From IMG/VR virus record IMGVR_UViG_3300012983_000044, positions 1 to 64,000 of that record: a stretch of 64,000 bases of DNA. The stretch is one strand, 5' to 3'. Of this stretch, positions 1 through 9,007 are shown piece by piece. The notes under the pieces are model-generated. The model had not been told where the DNA came from. It ran no database searches and worked only from the letters and a program-made list of their open reading frames with translations. How positions within the stretch are numbered: the first letter of the stretch is position 1; every line of letters starts with the position of its first letter. A program made the translations under genes and the position numbers. Origin of the DNA: a virus. Its lineage: Duplodnaviria > Caudoviricetes.

Positions 1-1
1 G

Positions 2-202
2 ATGCTGCAAATGGTTCTGGTGCTGCTCCAGAAGGGGGGCTATATCGAAGGCGTGAAGGTCGTTGGCGGTATGGTCATTGAGCCTGTCAGGCCGAAGATC
101 ACCGAAAAGGGCTATGCTGACTGGGATGAGAGGGGCAGACCGGAGCATACGGATGAAACAATGGGGTTGATAGAGGATTTCAATAGCATGTCGAAGAAAT
201 AA
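2..202 (+). CDS. Partial hypothetical protein (C-terminus; loosely YjcQ/winged-helix-like)
   Basis: Open frame from the window edge to TAA at 200-202; LQKGGYIEGV...PKITEKG pattern. Confidence 0.4.
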   Translation: MLQMVLVLLQKGGYIEGVKVVGGMVIEPVRPKITEKGYADWDERGRPEHTDETMGLIEDFNSMSKK

Positions 203-296
203 ACTCAATAAACTGAATACAGACGATTAATTAATGTGAGACGGATTTACTGAAATGCGATCCGTCTCACTGTTTTTTGTTTTGGAGGTTGTTGAA

Positions 297-1943
297 ATGG
301 ATAACAAGACATTGTGTTCTGTAATTTCCTGCGAAGTACAAAAAGACATTTTTGCTTACCAGGCATACGAGGATTTTTATGGCATTAATAAGTTGGCTCT
401 GACAGATGATAAGGACTTTGCAATTACAAACCTGAAATGGTTGTCCGAGAAAATCAGTATGAGAATGCCCTTGATTGTTGGGAAGGACTTGGAACTTGGC
501 AGGAAGTTAATGGGACTGCATAGGAAGGTGCTGTTGGCGGCGGCCCCATATGATTTTGACAGCTATATGCTGTTTGTGGAGTGGAATAGGGAACCTTCCA
601 AAAAATTCTGGCCGCCGAGACGCAAGACGCTAAAGCCTATTGCCGATGCTATGCAGGCGTTGACTGACGATAAACTGGACCTGCTTGCAATCAGCCTTCC
701 TCCTGGAGCTGGCAAGAGCACTCTGGCCTTCTTTTATCTCACGTTTGAGGGAGGCAGGAATCCAGACCTTCCCATTCTTACGGGATCACACTCAAATTCA
801 TGGATTAGAGGGGCTTATGACGAATGTCTGAGGATTATGGACCCTAAAGGTGAATATCTGTGGAATGAAGTGTTTCCCACTGTTCAAATATCCAGTACAA
901 ATGCCAAGGATTGCCGTATAGACCTTGGAAGGCGTAAGAGATTTGAAACCTTTGAGTTTACATCAATAGGTACAGGCAATGCCGGTCTCTACAGGGCTGC
1001 AAATCTGCTATACTGTGATGACTTGATTTCTTCATTGGAAGTGGCGCTGTCTCCAGATCGTTTGAGTAAATTGTGGGGAATTTATAATACCGACCTACGC
1101 CAAAGAAAAATCGGTGATCGGTGTAAGGAGCTGCATATTGCTACGCGCTGGGCAACTGGTGATGTCATATCCCTATTGGAGGATATGTACGATGGCGATG
1201 AGAGAGCAAAATTCATATCTATCCCTGCATTGAACGAAAACGATGAGAGCAATTTTGACTATGCTTATGGCGTTGGTTTCAGTACGAAGTTTTACCATGA
1301 ACAGCGCGACATCATGGATGAAGTGAACTGGAGGGCGTTGTATATGCAGCAGCCCATAGATCGAGAAGGAAGGCTGTATGATCCTGATGAGTTGCGTAGA
1401 TATTTTGAGCTTCCAGACGCCATACCTGATGCTGTTATCAGTGTTTGCGATACAAAAGATAAAGGCAGTGACGATTGCGTTATGCCTGTAGCTTATGTAT
1501 ATGGGGATAATTACTATATAGAGGATGTCTTGTGCGATAACGGCAAGCCTGAAATTGTTGACGAACTGCTGATCCAGATGCTCATAAAACATAAGGTTCA
1601 GATGAGCTGCTTTGAAAGCAATGCCGCTGGTGGCCGTGTTGCACAGACTGTTCAGAATGGCGTAAAAGCGCGTGGCGGCATTACAAAGATCGAGACGAGG
1701 TATACCACACAGAATAAAGAAACAAAGATACTCGCCAATTCTCCGTGGGTGAAACAGCACTGTCTATTTAAGGACGATAGTGTAAGCGACAAGAACTATA
1801 AAAAGGCTCTAAATAAACTGTGCGGTTATTCTGTTTCCTCTCGGAACAAGCATGATGATGTTGCTGATGCTTTTAGCCAGCTTGCTTTATATGCCGAGAG
1901 TATGGGCGGGGCGAAGGTACATGTTATCCAGCGTCCTTTCTGA
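297..1943 (+). CDS. terL: Terminase large subunit
   Basis: Walker A PPGAGKST, Walker B LLYCDD, C-terminal nuclease acidic residues (CDTKDKGSDD, KHDDVADA); GGAGG at 284-288 before ATG 297; directly upstream of portal. Confidence 0.93.
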   Translation: MDNKTLCSVISCEVQKDIFAYQAYEDFYGINKLALTDDKDFAITNLKWLSEKISMRMPLIVGKDLELGRKLMGLHRKVLLAAAPYDFDSYMLFVEWNREPSKKFWPPRRKTLKPIADAMQALTDDKLDLLAISLPPGAGKSTLAFFYLTFEGGRNPDLPILTGSHSNSWIRGAYDECLRIMDPKGEYLWNEVFPTVQISSTNAKDCRIDLGRRKRFETFEFTSIGTGNAGLYRAANLLYCDDLISSLEVALSPDRLSKLWGIYNTDLRQRKIGDRCKELHIATRWATGDVISLLEDMYDGDERAKFISIPALNENDESNFDYAYGVGFSTKFYHEQRDIMDEVNWRALYMQQPIDREGRLYDPDELRRYFELPDAIPDAVISVCDTKDKGSDDCVMPVAYVYGDNYYIEDVLCDNGKPEIVDELLIQMLIKHKVQMSCFESNAAGGRVAQTVQNGVKARGGITKIETRYTTQNKETKILANSPWVKQHCLFKDDSVSDKNYKKALNKLCGYSVSSRNKHDDVADAFSQLALYAESMGGAKVHVIQRPF

Positions 1944-1962
1944 AAATAGTTTTCAAAACTAC

Positions 1963-1991
1963 TTGACATGGTTATAAGAACGTGATATAAT
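1963..1991 (+). promoter_or_regulatory. Consensus sigma70/sigmaA promoter with extended -10
   Basis: TTGACA (1963-1968), 17 nt spacer, TGA-TATAAT (TATAAT 1986-1991). Confidence 0.85.
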
Positions 1992-2028
1992 GTAAGTGAT
2001 AAAATAGAATACATAGATGTATTTATTG

Positions 2029-2067
2029 ATGCGAGATGGATTAACTGATATCCATCTCGCATTTTTT
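2029..2067 (+). terminator. Intrinsic terminator
   Basis: Stem ATGCGAGATGGA / TCCATCTCGCAT with a 10-nt loop; a T6 run (2062-2067) overlaps the last stem base. Confidence 0.8.
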
Positions 2068-2069
2068 GT

Positions 2070-2140
2070 AGGAATTTGGTGTAACGGTAGCATGTGCGGC
2101 TCCAACCCGCTTGGTAAGGGTTCAAATCCTTTAATTCCTG
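2070..2140 (+). tRNA. tRNA-Trp (CCA), CCA end not encoded
   Basis: Acceptor AGGAATT/AATTCCT, anticodon arm TGCGG-CTCCAAC-CCGCT, T arm AAGGG-TTCAAAT-CCTTT, discriminator G. Confidence 0.85.
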
Positions 2141-2172
2141 CTTATATCATTCTGAAAGGAGGTCAACCTGCG

Positions 2173-3744
2173 GTGCCGAACAACATTGAATCGTATTGGG
2201 ACAACATTCCTGATGGCGTCCATCCTGTTCTTCCGGCCACTCAGATGTTTGGACGTGTAGAGGTATTGACCGGCGTGGATGAGATCACGCAGGACAACCT
2301 CTGGATGGTGCTGAGCGAGTGCCTTGCGGTCCACTGGTTCAATTCGGCGCAGATTGACTACCTTTACCGCTATAACAGGGGCATGCAGCCGATTCTCGGC
2401 CGCGTAAAAAAGACGCGGCCTGAGATCAACAACAAGGTTGTCGAGAATCATGCCTCCGAGGTCAGCCAGTTCGTGGCGGCATATTTCATGGGTGAGCCTG
2501 TGGTATATGTCCGTCGTGGCGATGATGAGGGTCGTTCAAAGGACATCGAGCTTTTGAATGACTACATGCTATACGAGGATAAGGCTACCCGCGACATGGA
2601 AATGGCTACATGGATGGCAATTTGCGGCGTGGGGTATCGCATGGTCCTGCCTGACCCTGATTCGTTTGATGATCCTGACTTTGCTCCGTTTGAGATAGAT
2701 TCTCCCGATCCGCGTTATACCTTCGTGGCGTACAGTACAGCTTTTGGTCATAAGCGGATGATGGGCGTTCGCATGGTATGGCGGCAGGGCAATGATGGTG
2801 AGTTTAGATGGCTGTATTGCGGATATACACAGACGCATTATTTTGAGATATGGGATGGCGCTGATCTTGTGGTGTGGAAACCGCATACACTGCGGGAAAT
2901 CCCCATTTTCGAGTATCGGCTGAATATGAACATGTTGGGTTCCTTCGAGCCTGCTATTCCCATTCTCAATGCTATCAATACCATTCAGTCAAACCGCGTG
3001 GATGGTTTGGAGCAGTTCGTACAGTCTTTCTTGAAGTTCATCAACTGCGACATCGAGGAAGATACGGTTAAACAGCTCCGGCAAATGGGTGCTATCGTCC
3101 TGAAATCTGTCAACGGATTAAACTCCGATGTGGACCTTGTGTCCCAGGAATTGAATCAGTCTCAGACGCAGACGTTGGTAGATTACCTGTATGACCAGGT
3201 GCTCTATATTTGTGGCCTGCCTACAACTACCAAGGGTGGTGCGTCCACGTCTGATACTGGTCAGGCGGTCCTCTTGCGTGATGGATGGCAGCAGGCGGAG
3301 GCCAGAGCGCAAATCACCGAAAAGCTGTACCGCAAGTCAGAACGCGAGTTCCTTCGGCTGGTGCTCAGGATCATGGGCGAGACCCGTGACATTGACCTGA
3401 AACTGTCCGCTGTCGAGTGTAAGTTTACCCGCCGTCAGCATGACAATCTCCAGAGCAAGTGCCAGGCGTTGACTTCTCTGTTACAGGCAGGCATACATCC
3501 TGAAATCGCCATTGCTACTTCCGGACTGTTCAACGATCCAATGGACGTGTACACGCAGAGCAAGAAATATCTTGAAAAGTGGGAGCCTGTCACCATGCTC
3601 ATGAATGAGATGCTGACGAGTGGCAATATTCCGATGACTACAGAGGCTCCCGAGGACGAACAGACGGCTACTGGGGAAGAAAACACCGAGGAACCCTCTC
3701 CTGAAAGCGAGGAATCCGAGGAGACAGGGCGTGACAATCAGTGA
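2173..3744 (+). CDS. Portal protein (SPP1 gp6-like)
   Basis: GGAGG then GTG 2173, in frame with ORF 2017-3744; INNKVVENHA, GSFEPAIPILNAIN motifs; acidic tail; follows terL. Confidence 0.92.
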   Translation: MPNNIESYWDNIPDGVHPVLPATQMFGRVEVLTGVDEITQDNLWMVLSECLAVHWFNSAQIDYLYRYNRGMQPILGRVKKTRPEINNKVVENHASEVSQFVAAYFMGEPVVYVRRGDDEGRSKDIELLNDYMLYEDKATRDMEMATWMAICGVGYRMVLPDPDSFDDPDFAPFEIDSPDPRYTFVAYSTAFGHKRMMGVRMVWRQGNDGEFRWLYCGYTQTHYFEIWDGADLVVWKPHTLREIPIFEYRLNMNMLGSFEPAIPILNAINTIQSNRVDGLEQFVQSFLKFINCDIEEDTVKQLRQMGAIVLKSVNGLNSDVDLVSQELNQSQTQTLVDYLYDQVLYICGLPTTTKGGASTSDTGQAVLLRDGWQQAEARAQITEKLYRKSEREFLRLVLRIMGETRDIDLKLSAVECKFTRRQHDNLQSKCQALTSLLQAGIHPEIAIATSGLFNDPMDVYTQSKKYLEKWEPVTMLMNEMLTSGNIPMTTEAPEDEQTATGEENTEEPSPESEESEETGRDNQ

Positions 3745-4406
3745 CGACGCCTGACATTTTCGGACATGCGGACAGATCGTTGATGATATTGCTCAACTAC
3801 ATGTCCCATGAATTTCAGAATTTCGCCATACTGCCGTTTGACCGGCTCAACATACTGGATGTCCGCGAGCGCGTGAATGCCATGTATAAACGCATGGAAA
3901 ATATCATTGTGCGTGAATACAACGACATTGCGCTCAAAGTCTATCGTGACGCGGCTATTGAGGCGTCATTGGATGACGATGATTTCCTCCCGTATGATTT
4001 TGTCTGGTCGGTATTGAAAGCCTATGATCCCGTAAGTGACTTTGTGTATACACGGGAGTACATACGCAAGAGAGATCGGTTGTTTGAAAGCATCATTGCC
4101 ACTGAGCTTGGAAATCAGGAGATGCGCAAGAACCTAAAACGCGGACTTGACGTTCTCGCAAACCAAATCAGGCAGTATGCAGACAACATTACGGTCAAGG
4201 CCCGCATCAGGGCTTTTAAGAAGGCGAAAGTCAGATATGTACGATGGGTGACCGAGGATGATGAAAAGGTTTGCAAGATTTGTAGACCGAGAGATGGTGT
4301 CATTTATCGAATAGAGGATTTTCCGACATTGCCCGCTCATTGGCATTGCCGGTGTCATCCAGAAATAGCTACCGAAGAAGAATACCTTGCCCAACAGGCC
4401 GCATGA
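3741..4406 (+). CDS. Minor head morphogenesis protein (SPP1 gp7/Mu F-like)
   Basis: DEKVCKIC and PAHWHCRC motifs; follows portal. Confidence 0.85.
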   Translation: MTTPDIFGHADRSLMILLNYMSHEFQNFAILPFDRLNILDVRERVNAMYKRMENIIVREYNDIALKVYRDAAIEASLDDDDFLPYDFVWSVLKAYDPVSDFVYTREYIRKRDRLFESIIATELGNQEMRKNLKRGLDVLANQIRQYADNITVKARIRAFKKAKVRYVRWVTEDDEKVCKICRPRDGVIYRIEDFPTLPAHWHCRCHPEIATEEEYLAQQAA

Positions 4407-4423
4407 TAAGGAGTGGACCTTTT

Positions 4424-4695
4424 GTGATTCGCAATATCGTTGAACGTATTGTAGGAAACAAGCGTTATATTGTTTCTGCTGGCCTGTCTACTGACGCCAA
4501 GCCCAATGGTGATATTATCACTGGTAGCCGGTTTTGGAAGTAGATACTGGCATTGTATGCGCTTTTGATGAAGTCAGCCAGTCTTGGTATGCACTTGGCA
4601 AAGCAAATTACATCTTTGAAAACTGGACTACTGATACTGGTGACAATGTCACTGATTCTGAAAATCAAAACATAGATTTTCGTGTAGGGGACTAA
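4424..4695 (+). pseudogene. Small structural/decoration-like gene with a -1 frameshift at T4 (4532-4535)
   Basis: AAGGAG RBS, GTG 4424. Frame 1 reads GLSTDAKP...GSRF then stops at 4541-4543; the -1 frame continues LEVDTGIVCAFDE...WTTDTGDNVTDSENQNIDFRVGD*, giving a coherent 90-aa product. Confidence 0.6.
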
Positions 4696-4740
4696 GTTTG
4701 TACATTTATTTGTTGTTGTAAACATAAGAGGTGAGGAAGA

Positions 4741-5277
4741 TTGAGCGAAGCATTTAGCACTGTACAGGTGAATCTCATGCACGGTGTTGGTTCGAGCGGT
4801 ACAGTATGGTCTCGACTTGCTGAGATCAAAGATTTTCCTGATCTCCAGGGCATTATGGAAGGTATCGACAAGACAACCATGTTTGATACTGAGTATACCT
4901 ACCATGATGGCATAAAAACGAATGAACAGAAGTCCTTCACCTGCAACTACAATGAATCGGATTTCAACGCAATTCATTCTCTTGCAGGCGTTGAAATACC
5001 GATTGCGATATGGTTTGGCATTACTACTGATGGGTATAACACCCCTGACGGCAGTCTTGGAAAGTTTGTTGGCCGTGGATATGTCAACGTCTACATAAAC
5101 GGTGAAGGCGTTAATGAAGTCGTTGATATGACGGTAACCGTGACGCTTTCATATGGTTTCATTGAAGCATGGGACCCGATACTTGTGCCTTGGACGACAA
5201 ATGACGGAGACACTGTAACGGACAACGCTGGAAACATTATGTATTTTGACATAAGTCACGGCGGTAATAGTAGATAA
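4741..5277 (+). CDS. Second copy of major tail (tube) protein with C-terminal extension
   Basis: Colinear with 10328-10768; shared blocks EIKDFPDL, NEQKSFTCNYN, PIAIWFG, TPDGSLGKF, VNEVV(D/N)MTVT; TTG start. Confidence 0.85.
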   Translation: MSEAFSTVQVNLMHGVGSSGTVWSRLAEIKDFPDLQGIMEGIDKTTMFDTEYTYHDGIKTNEQKSFTCNYNESDFNAIHSLAGVEIPIAIWFGITTDGYNTPDGSLGKFVGRGYVNVYINGEGVNEVVDMTVTVTLSYGFIEAWDPILVPWTTNDGDTVTDNAGNIMYFDISHGGNSR

Positions 5278-5415
5278 CTGCCGCTATCCTGTTTAGGTGA
5301 AATCCGATGGCTATTAGCCATTTGAGATAGCTTGCGGAGATGCAAGCATAAAAAAGCGCATGCCGCCAAAGAAGGCGGGGTATCAAGTATTGCATGTAAC
5401 ATAAGGAGGAAAAAC

Positions 5416-6036
5416 ATGAGTTTCGACTGGAACGCTGTTGACGGTTACCGCGAGGATATGACCGCCGAAGAGAAGCTGGCCCTGCTGGAAAACTACAATC
5501 CCGGACAGCCTGCCGCTGCGCCCGAACCCGCTCCCGCTGCTGATCCTGCGCCTGAACCTGCCCCGGCTCCTGCACCGAAGCCTGATAAGGCCACTGAGCT
5601 GATGAATGAAGTCAAGTGGAAGCGCGAACGCGACAAGCTGACTTCTGAAAACGCGAACCTGAAGCGCCAGCTCCGCTCCCGCATGAGCGAAGAAGAGGCC
5701 CGCGAGGCGGACCGCAAGGCCGAGATGGAGGCCCGTGACGCCGAGCTGGAGGCCCTGCGCCGGGACAAGACCCTGAGTAATTACCGTGCGAGTTTCATTG
5801 GACGTGGGTTCGAGGAAAGTGCAGCTCAGAAAGCCGCTGAGGCGCTGGCTGATGGTGATGCTGAAACCCTGTTCGATGTTTTGGCGCGGCGCGATCTGAA
5901 CTGGGAAAAGAATATGCGGGCAAAGATTCTGGCTGAAACGCCGAAGCCTCCCGCCAGTGATCCGAACAGCGAGGAGTTCAAGAAACAGGATCAGGCAAAC
6001 CTTCGCCGCATGTTTGGACTGCCTCCCACCAAATAA
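5416..6036 (+). CDS. Capsid scaffolding protein
   Basis: AAGGAGG RBS, ATG 5416; charged helical protein with an APEPAP linker, immediately before the capsid gene. Confidence 0.8.
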   Translation: MSFDWNAVDGYREDMTAEEKLALLENYNPGQPAAAPEPAPAADPAPEPAPAPAPKPDKATELMNEVKWKRERDKLTSENANLKRQLRSRMSEEEAREADRKAEMEARDAELEALRRDKTLSNYRASFIGRGFEESAAQKAAEALADGDAETLFDVLARRDLNWEKNMRAKILAETPKPPASDPNSEEFKKQDQANLRRMFGLPPTK

Positions 6037-6060
6037 CAACCTACAAGGAGGAAAAGAAGT

Positions 6061-6399
6061 ATGCCTTACGCTAACACCATTGCCCTTGCTGAGCGCTATC
6101 TGCCCCTGCTGGATGAGGTGTACAAGTACAGCTCCCGCTCCGCCGTTCTGGACAATCCGAACGTTCAGTTCATCGGCGGCAATGCCGTGAAGGTCTTTAA
6201 GACCAGCATGGACGGCCTGGGCAACTACAGCCGCAACAACGGCTACGTCAACGGCAACGTGAACGGCACCTGGGAGACCATGACCCTCAGGCAGGACCGT
6301 GGCCGTTCCTTCCAGATCGACCGAATGGACAATGAGGAGAGTCTGGACATGGCCTTCGGTACCCTGGCCGGTGAGTTCATCAGGACCAAGGTAGTCCCT
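6061..6399 (+). CDS. Major capsid protein, exon 1
   Basis: Strong RBS and biased codons; ends at GEFIRTKVVP and joins in frame to ENDAYTFAKL at 7263 (303 aa spliced). Confidence 0.9.
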
Positions 6400-7262
6400 A
6401 TTGCGGCGTAACTTTGGGGACAATGTGAAGTAATTCACATTTAGAAAACTTCCTTAATTGCTGGGACATCCTATAGAGGACAATCAGCAGCCAAGGTATG
6501 TGAATTTATAGCGACACCATAGGGGAGGCGCGAAAATGGAAATTTGGAAACCTGTTATCGGATATGAAGGATATTACGAGGTTAGCAGTTGTGGACGTGT
6601 GAGAAGCATTGACCATTATGCGAATACTGGAATCTTGCATTCTAATGAGCGATTGGTCAAAGGGCATGTATTAAAGCAAAACAATAAGCGGAACGGGTAT
6701 CTCACGGTTGATTTATCGAATGGAAACCATGTCAAGACGATACTTGTTCACAAGTTGGTTGCAACAGCTTTTCTTGAAAAGAAGGCTTATCACACGCAAG
6801 TGAACCACATCAACTGCGACAAGCACGATAACCGTGTGGAAAACCTTGAATGGTGTACTGGTGAGGAAAATCGCGCACACGCAAAGGCTAATAACCTTTA
6901 TCATAATCCGAATAAAAAAACGGTGAAATGCAAGCAGACCGGGCAGACGTTTGAAAGTAGCTATAAGGCAGCTGAATGGGTAAACCAAACACGCTATGGT
7001 AATTCAAAACAAACAATGAACATTGCTTGCAAAATCCGTTCTGTATGTACTGGTAAGCAAAGAAGTGCTTATGGGTATACATGGGAACAGGTTTAAGAAA
7101 TCACATACAAGGTTCATCGACTATCCCGTAACGGGAGTAGAGGCAAGCGCCTCGAAATGGGAAGCCCCGCGTAAAGCGGGTGGTGATATAGTCACAACTT
7201 CTACAGCAATGTAGAGCAGTAATGAAACGAATGCAGATTAGCGACCTGCATTGAAGATATTG
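6400..7262 (+). mobile_element. Group I intron in major capsid gene (863 nt)
   Basis: Exon ends in U, intron ends in G. P1 pairs exon GTCCCT (6394-6399) with GGGGAC (6416-6421) with U.G at the splice site. Core motifs AATTGCTGGGA, AATCAGCAGC, ATCGACTA, GATATAGTC. Confidence 0.92.
6536..7096 (+). CDS. Intron-encoded NUMOD4-HNH homing endonuclease
   Basis: EIWKPVIGYEGYYEVSSCGRVRS (NUMOD4); VHKLVATAF, VNHINCDKHDNRVENLEW (HNH). Confidence 0.92.
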   Translation: MEIWKPVIGYEGYYEVSSCGRVRSIDHYANTGILHSNERLVKGHVLKQNNKRNGYLTVDLSNGNHVKTILVHKLVATAFLEKKAYHTQVNHINCDKHDNRVENLEWCTGEENRAHAKANNLYHNPNKKTVKCKQTGQTFESSYKAAEWVNQTRYGNSKQTMNIACKIRSVCTGKQRSAYGYTWEQV

Positions 7263-7835
7263 GAAAATGACGCCTACACCTTCGCCAAGCTGTGCGGTGC
7301 TACTGGCATCCAGAAGGCCACCGCTGCGGACATCACCCCCGGCACTACTGATGTTCCTGGCCTGATCGACACCGCCACCAAGGCGATGAACGAGGCTGAG
7401 GTTCCCGAGGAAGGCCGTCTGCTGTTCATCTCCGAGACTGCCTATGAGGGCCTGAAGAACAAGATCGCCCGCTTCACCGAGAACGGCGAGCGCAACATCT
7501 ACAACGGCATCGAGGCGTACAACGGCATGCGTGTGATTCGCGTACCGCAGACCCGCTTCTACACCGCTATCACCCAGTACGACGGCACCACTTCCGGTCA
7601 GGAGGCTGGCGGCTACATCGGCACTTCCGGCGCGTTCCCCATCAACTTCCTGATGGTCCATCCCAGCGCCATCCTGAAGGTCATGAAGCATGTCCTGCCC
7701 CGTATCTTCACCCCCGACATCAACCAGGCTGCTGATGCGTGGAAGTTCGACTATAGGGCCTACTGGGATACGTTCGTGTATCAGAACAAGGCCCAGGGCA
7801 TCTATCTGCACAACGCGGCTACCGCTCTGACCTAA
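7263..7835 (+). CDS. Major capsid protein, exon 2
   Basis: In-frame continuation of exon 1; biased codons; DAWKFDYRAYWDTFV near C-terminus. Confidence 0.9.
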   Translation, partial: ENDAYTFAKLCGATGIQKATAADITPGTTDVPGLIDTATKAMNEAEVPEEGRLLFISETAYEGLKNKIARFTENGERNIYNGIEAYNGMRVIRVPQTRFYTAITQYDGTTSGQEAGGYIGTSGAFPINFLMVHPSAILKVMKHVLPRIFTPDINQAADAWKFDYRAYWDTFVYQNKAQGIYLHNAATALT

Positions 7836-7850
7836 TCGGAGGACAATGCG

Positions 7851-8003
7851 ATGGCTGTGATGCAGACACCGCAGGGCCTGGTAATTGGGCTGATTCCCGA
7901 AAAGTATCAGCCCAAATCCAAGCCCGTTGCGGAAAAAGACCCCGCGACCGAGGATAAGGTTGAAGCGGCCGCCAAGAAGCCGGGCAGACCCCCGAAGAAG
8001 TAA
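7851..8003 (+). CDS. Small Lys/Pro-rich protein after capsid gene (50 aa)
   Basis: GGAGG RBS, MAVMQTPQGLVIGLIPEK...KPGRPPKK*. Confidence 0.65.
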   Translation: MAVMQTPQGLVIGLIPEKYQPKSKPVAEKDPATEDKVEAAAKKPGRPPKK

Positions 8004-8028
8004 TCGCAGTAAAGGAGGGTAGGACGAT

Positions 8029-8391
8029 ATGAGTATGACCATAGAGGAAAAGCTGGCAATGGTCAAAGCGATTCTTCGCGTTGACGATTCATCCGAAGAT
8101 GCGCTCATTACGACCTACCTTACCTTTGCTGCACGGGAAATATTGGGCTGGCGATATTCCAATGCCAATCCTGACAATGTGCCTACGGAAGTGCCTGCTG
8201 AATATGAGATGACGCAGGTGATGTCTGTAATTGCCGGATATACTCAGAGCGGTGTAGAAAGCCAAATTCTGAGTATTGAGAATGGAATACACAGACATTT
8301 CAAGTACGCCGACATGATGGAATATATTCGCAATAATGTTATTCCAATTGCAGGTGTCATAAGGAGCGTGGTTGATAGTGGGCAAGGTTAA
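8029..8391 (+). CDS. Head-tail connector/adaptor (gp15/gp6-like)
   Basis: Size, position after capsid, SIENGIHRHF motif near C-terminus. Confidence 0.75.
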   Translation: MSMTIEEKLAMVKAILRVDDSSEDALITTYLTFAAREILGWRYSNANPDNVPTEVPAEYEMTQVMSVIAGYTQSGVESQILSIENGIHRHFKYADMMEYIRNNVIPIAGVIRSVVDSGQG

Positions 8392-9007
8392 GGACCTTAC
8401 CGGACAGCGCTTTGGTTTGCTTACCGCTATTGAGCTTTCTGGAAAGGCAAAAAACGGTAACATGCTTTGGAAGTGTTACTGTGATTGTGGAAACACAACT
8501 GTAGTTTTTTCAACAAGTCTCGTACAAGGTACCACGAAAAGCTGTGGGTGTTATAAAAAGCTACGCACTTCCGAAGTAAAACATCGGCATGGGGGAACTG
8601 GTACACGTCTTTACAGGATATGGACCGGAATGCTTTCAAGATGCAAAACGAATCGTCCAAAATTTGTTGCCACTTATGTGTCGCGCAACATTACTGTTTG
8701 CGATGAATGGAAAGATTACCAAGCTTTTCATGATTGGGCAATAAGCAATGGCTACCGCGATGATCTTACCATAGATCGTATAGATGTAAATGGCAACTAT
8801 GAACCCAACAACTGCCGGTGGGTTACTCAGAAAGTCCAGCAAAACAACCGCTCCAACAATCACCTCATTACTTTTAATGGCAAAACACAGACTATGTCTC
8901 AGTGGGCGGATGAGCTTGGTATGCGTGCTATGGCCCTCCAACATAGGATTATGCGCGGTTGGACTGTTGAACAGGCTTTAACCATTCCGATTGGAGGCAG
9001 GCGATGA
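8372..9007 (+). CDS. Free-standing HNH-type endonuclease (DLTGQRFG/CDCG family)
   Basis: DLTGQRFG, CYCDCG, KSCGC, RLYRIW, TIDRIDVNGNYEPNNCRW; AT-richer than flanks. Confidence 0.85.
   Translation: MIVGKVKDLTGQRFGLLTAIELSGKAKNGNMLWKCYCDCGNTTVVFSTSLVQGTTKSCGCYKKLRTSEVKHRHGGTGTRLYRIWTGMLSRCKTNRPKFVATYVSRNITVCDEWKDYQAFHDWAISNGYRDDLTIDRIDVNGNYEPNNCRWVTQKVQQNNRSNNHLITFNGKTQTMSQWADELGMRAMALQHRIMRGWTVEQALTIPIGGRR

Noticed and set aside
2017-2172. N-terminal extension of the portal ORF
   Set aside because: It runs through the terminator and tRNA-Trp; a GGAGG RBS supports GTG 2173.
5500-5585. CCTG/CCCG-rich repeats in the scaffold gene
   Set aside because: Encode an ordinary Ala-Pro-Glu linker.
6400-6411. 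Capsid gene truncated at TAA 6409-6411, or stop read-through by the UUA tRNA
   Set aside because: The stop lies within the intron and is removed by splicing.
5383-6438. Long minus-strand ORFs opposite scaffold/capsid (also 7101-8108, 23869-24603, 27784-28866, 43164-44093)
   Set aside because: Antisense shadows of strongly codon-biased plus-strand genes; no motifs or RBS.
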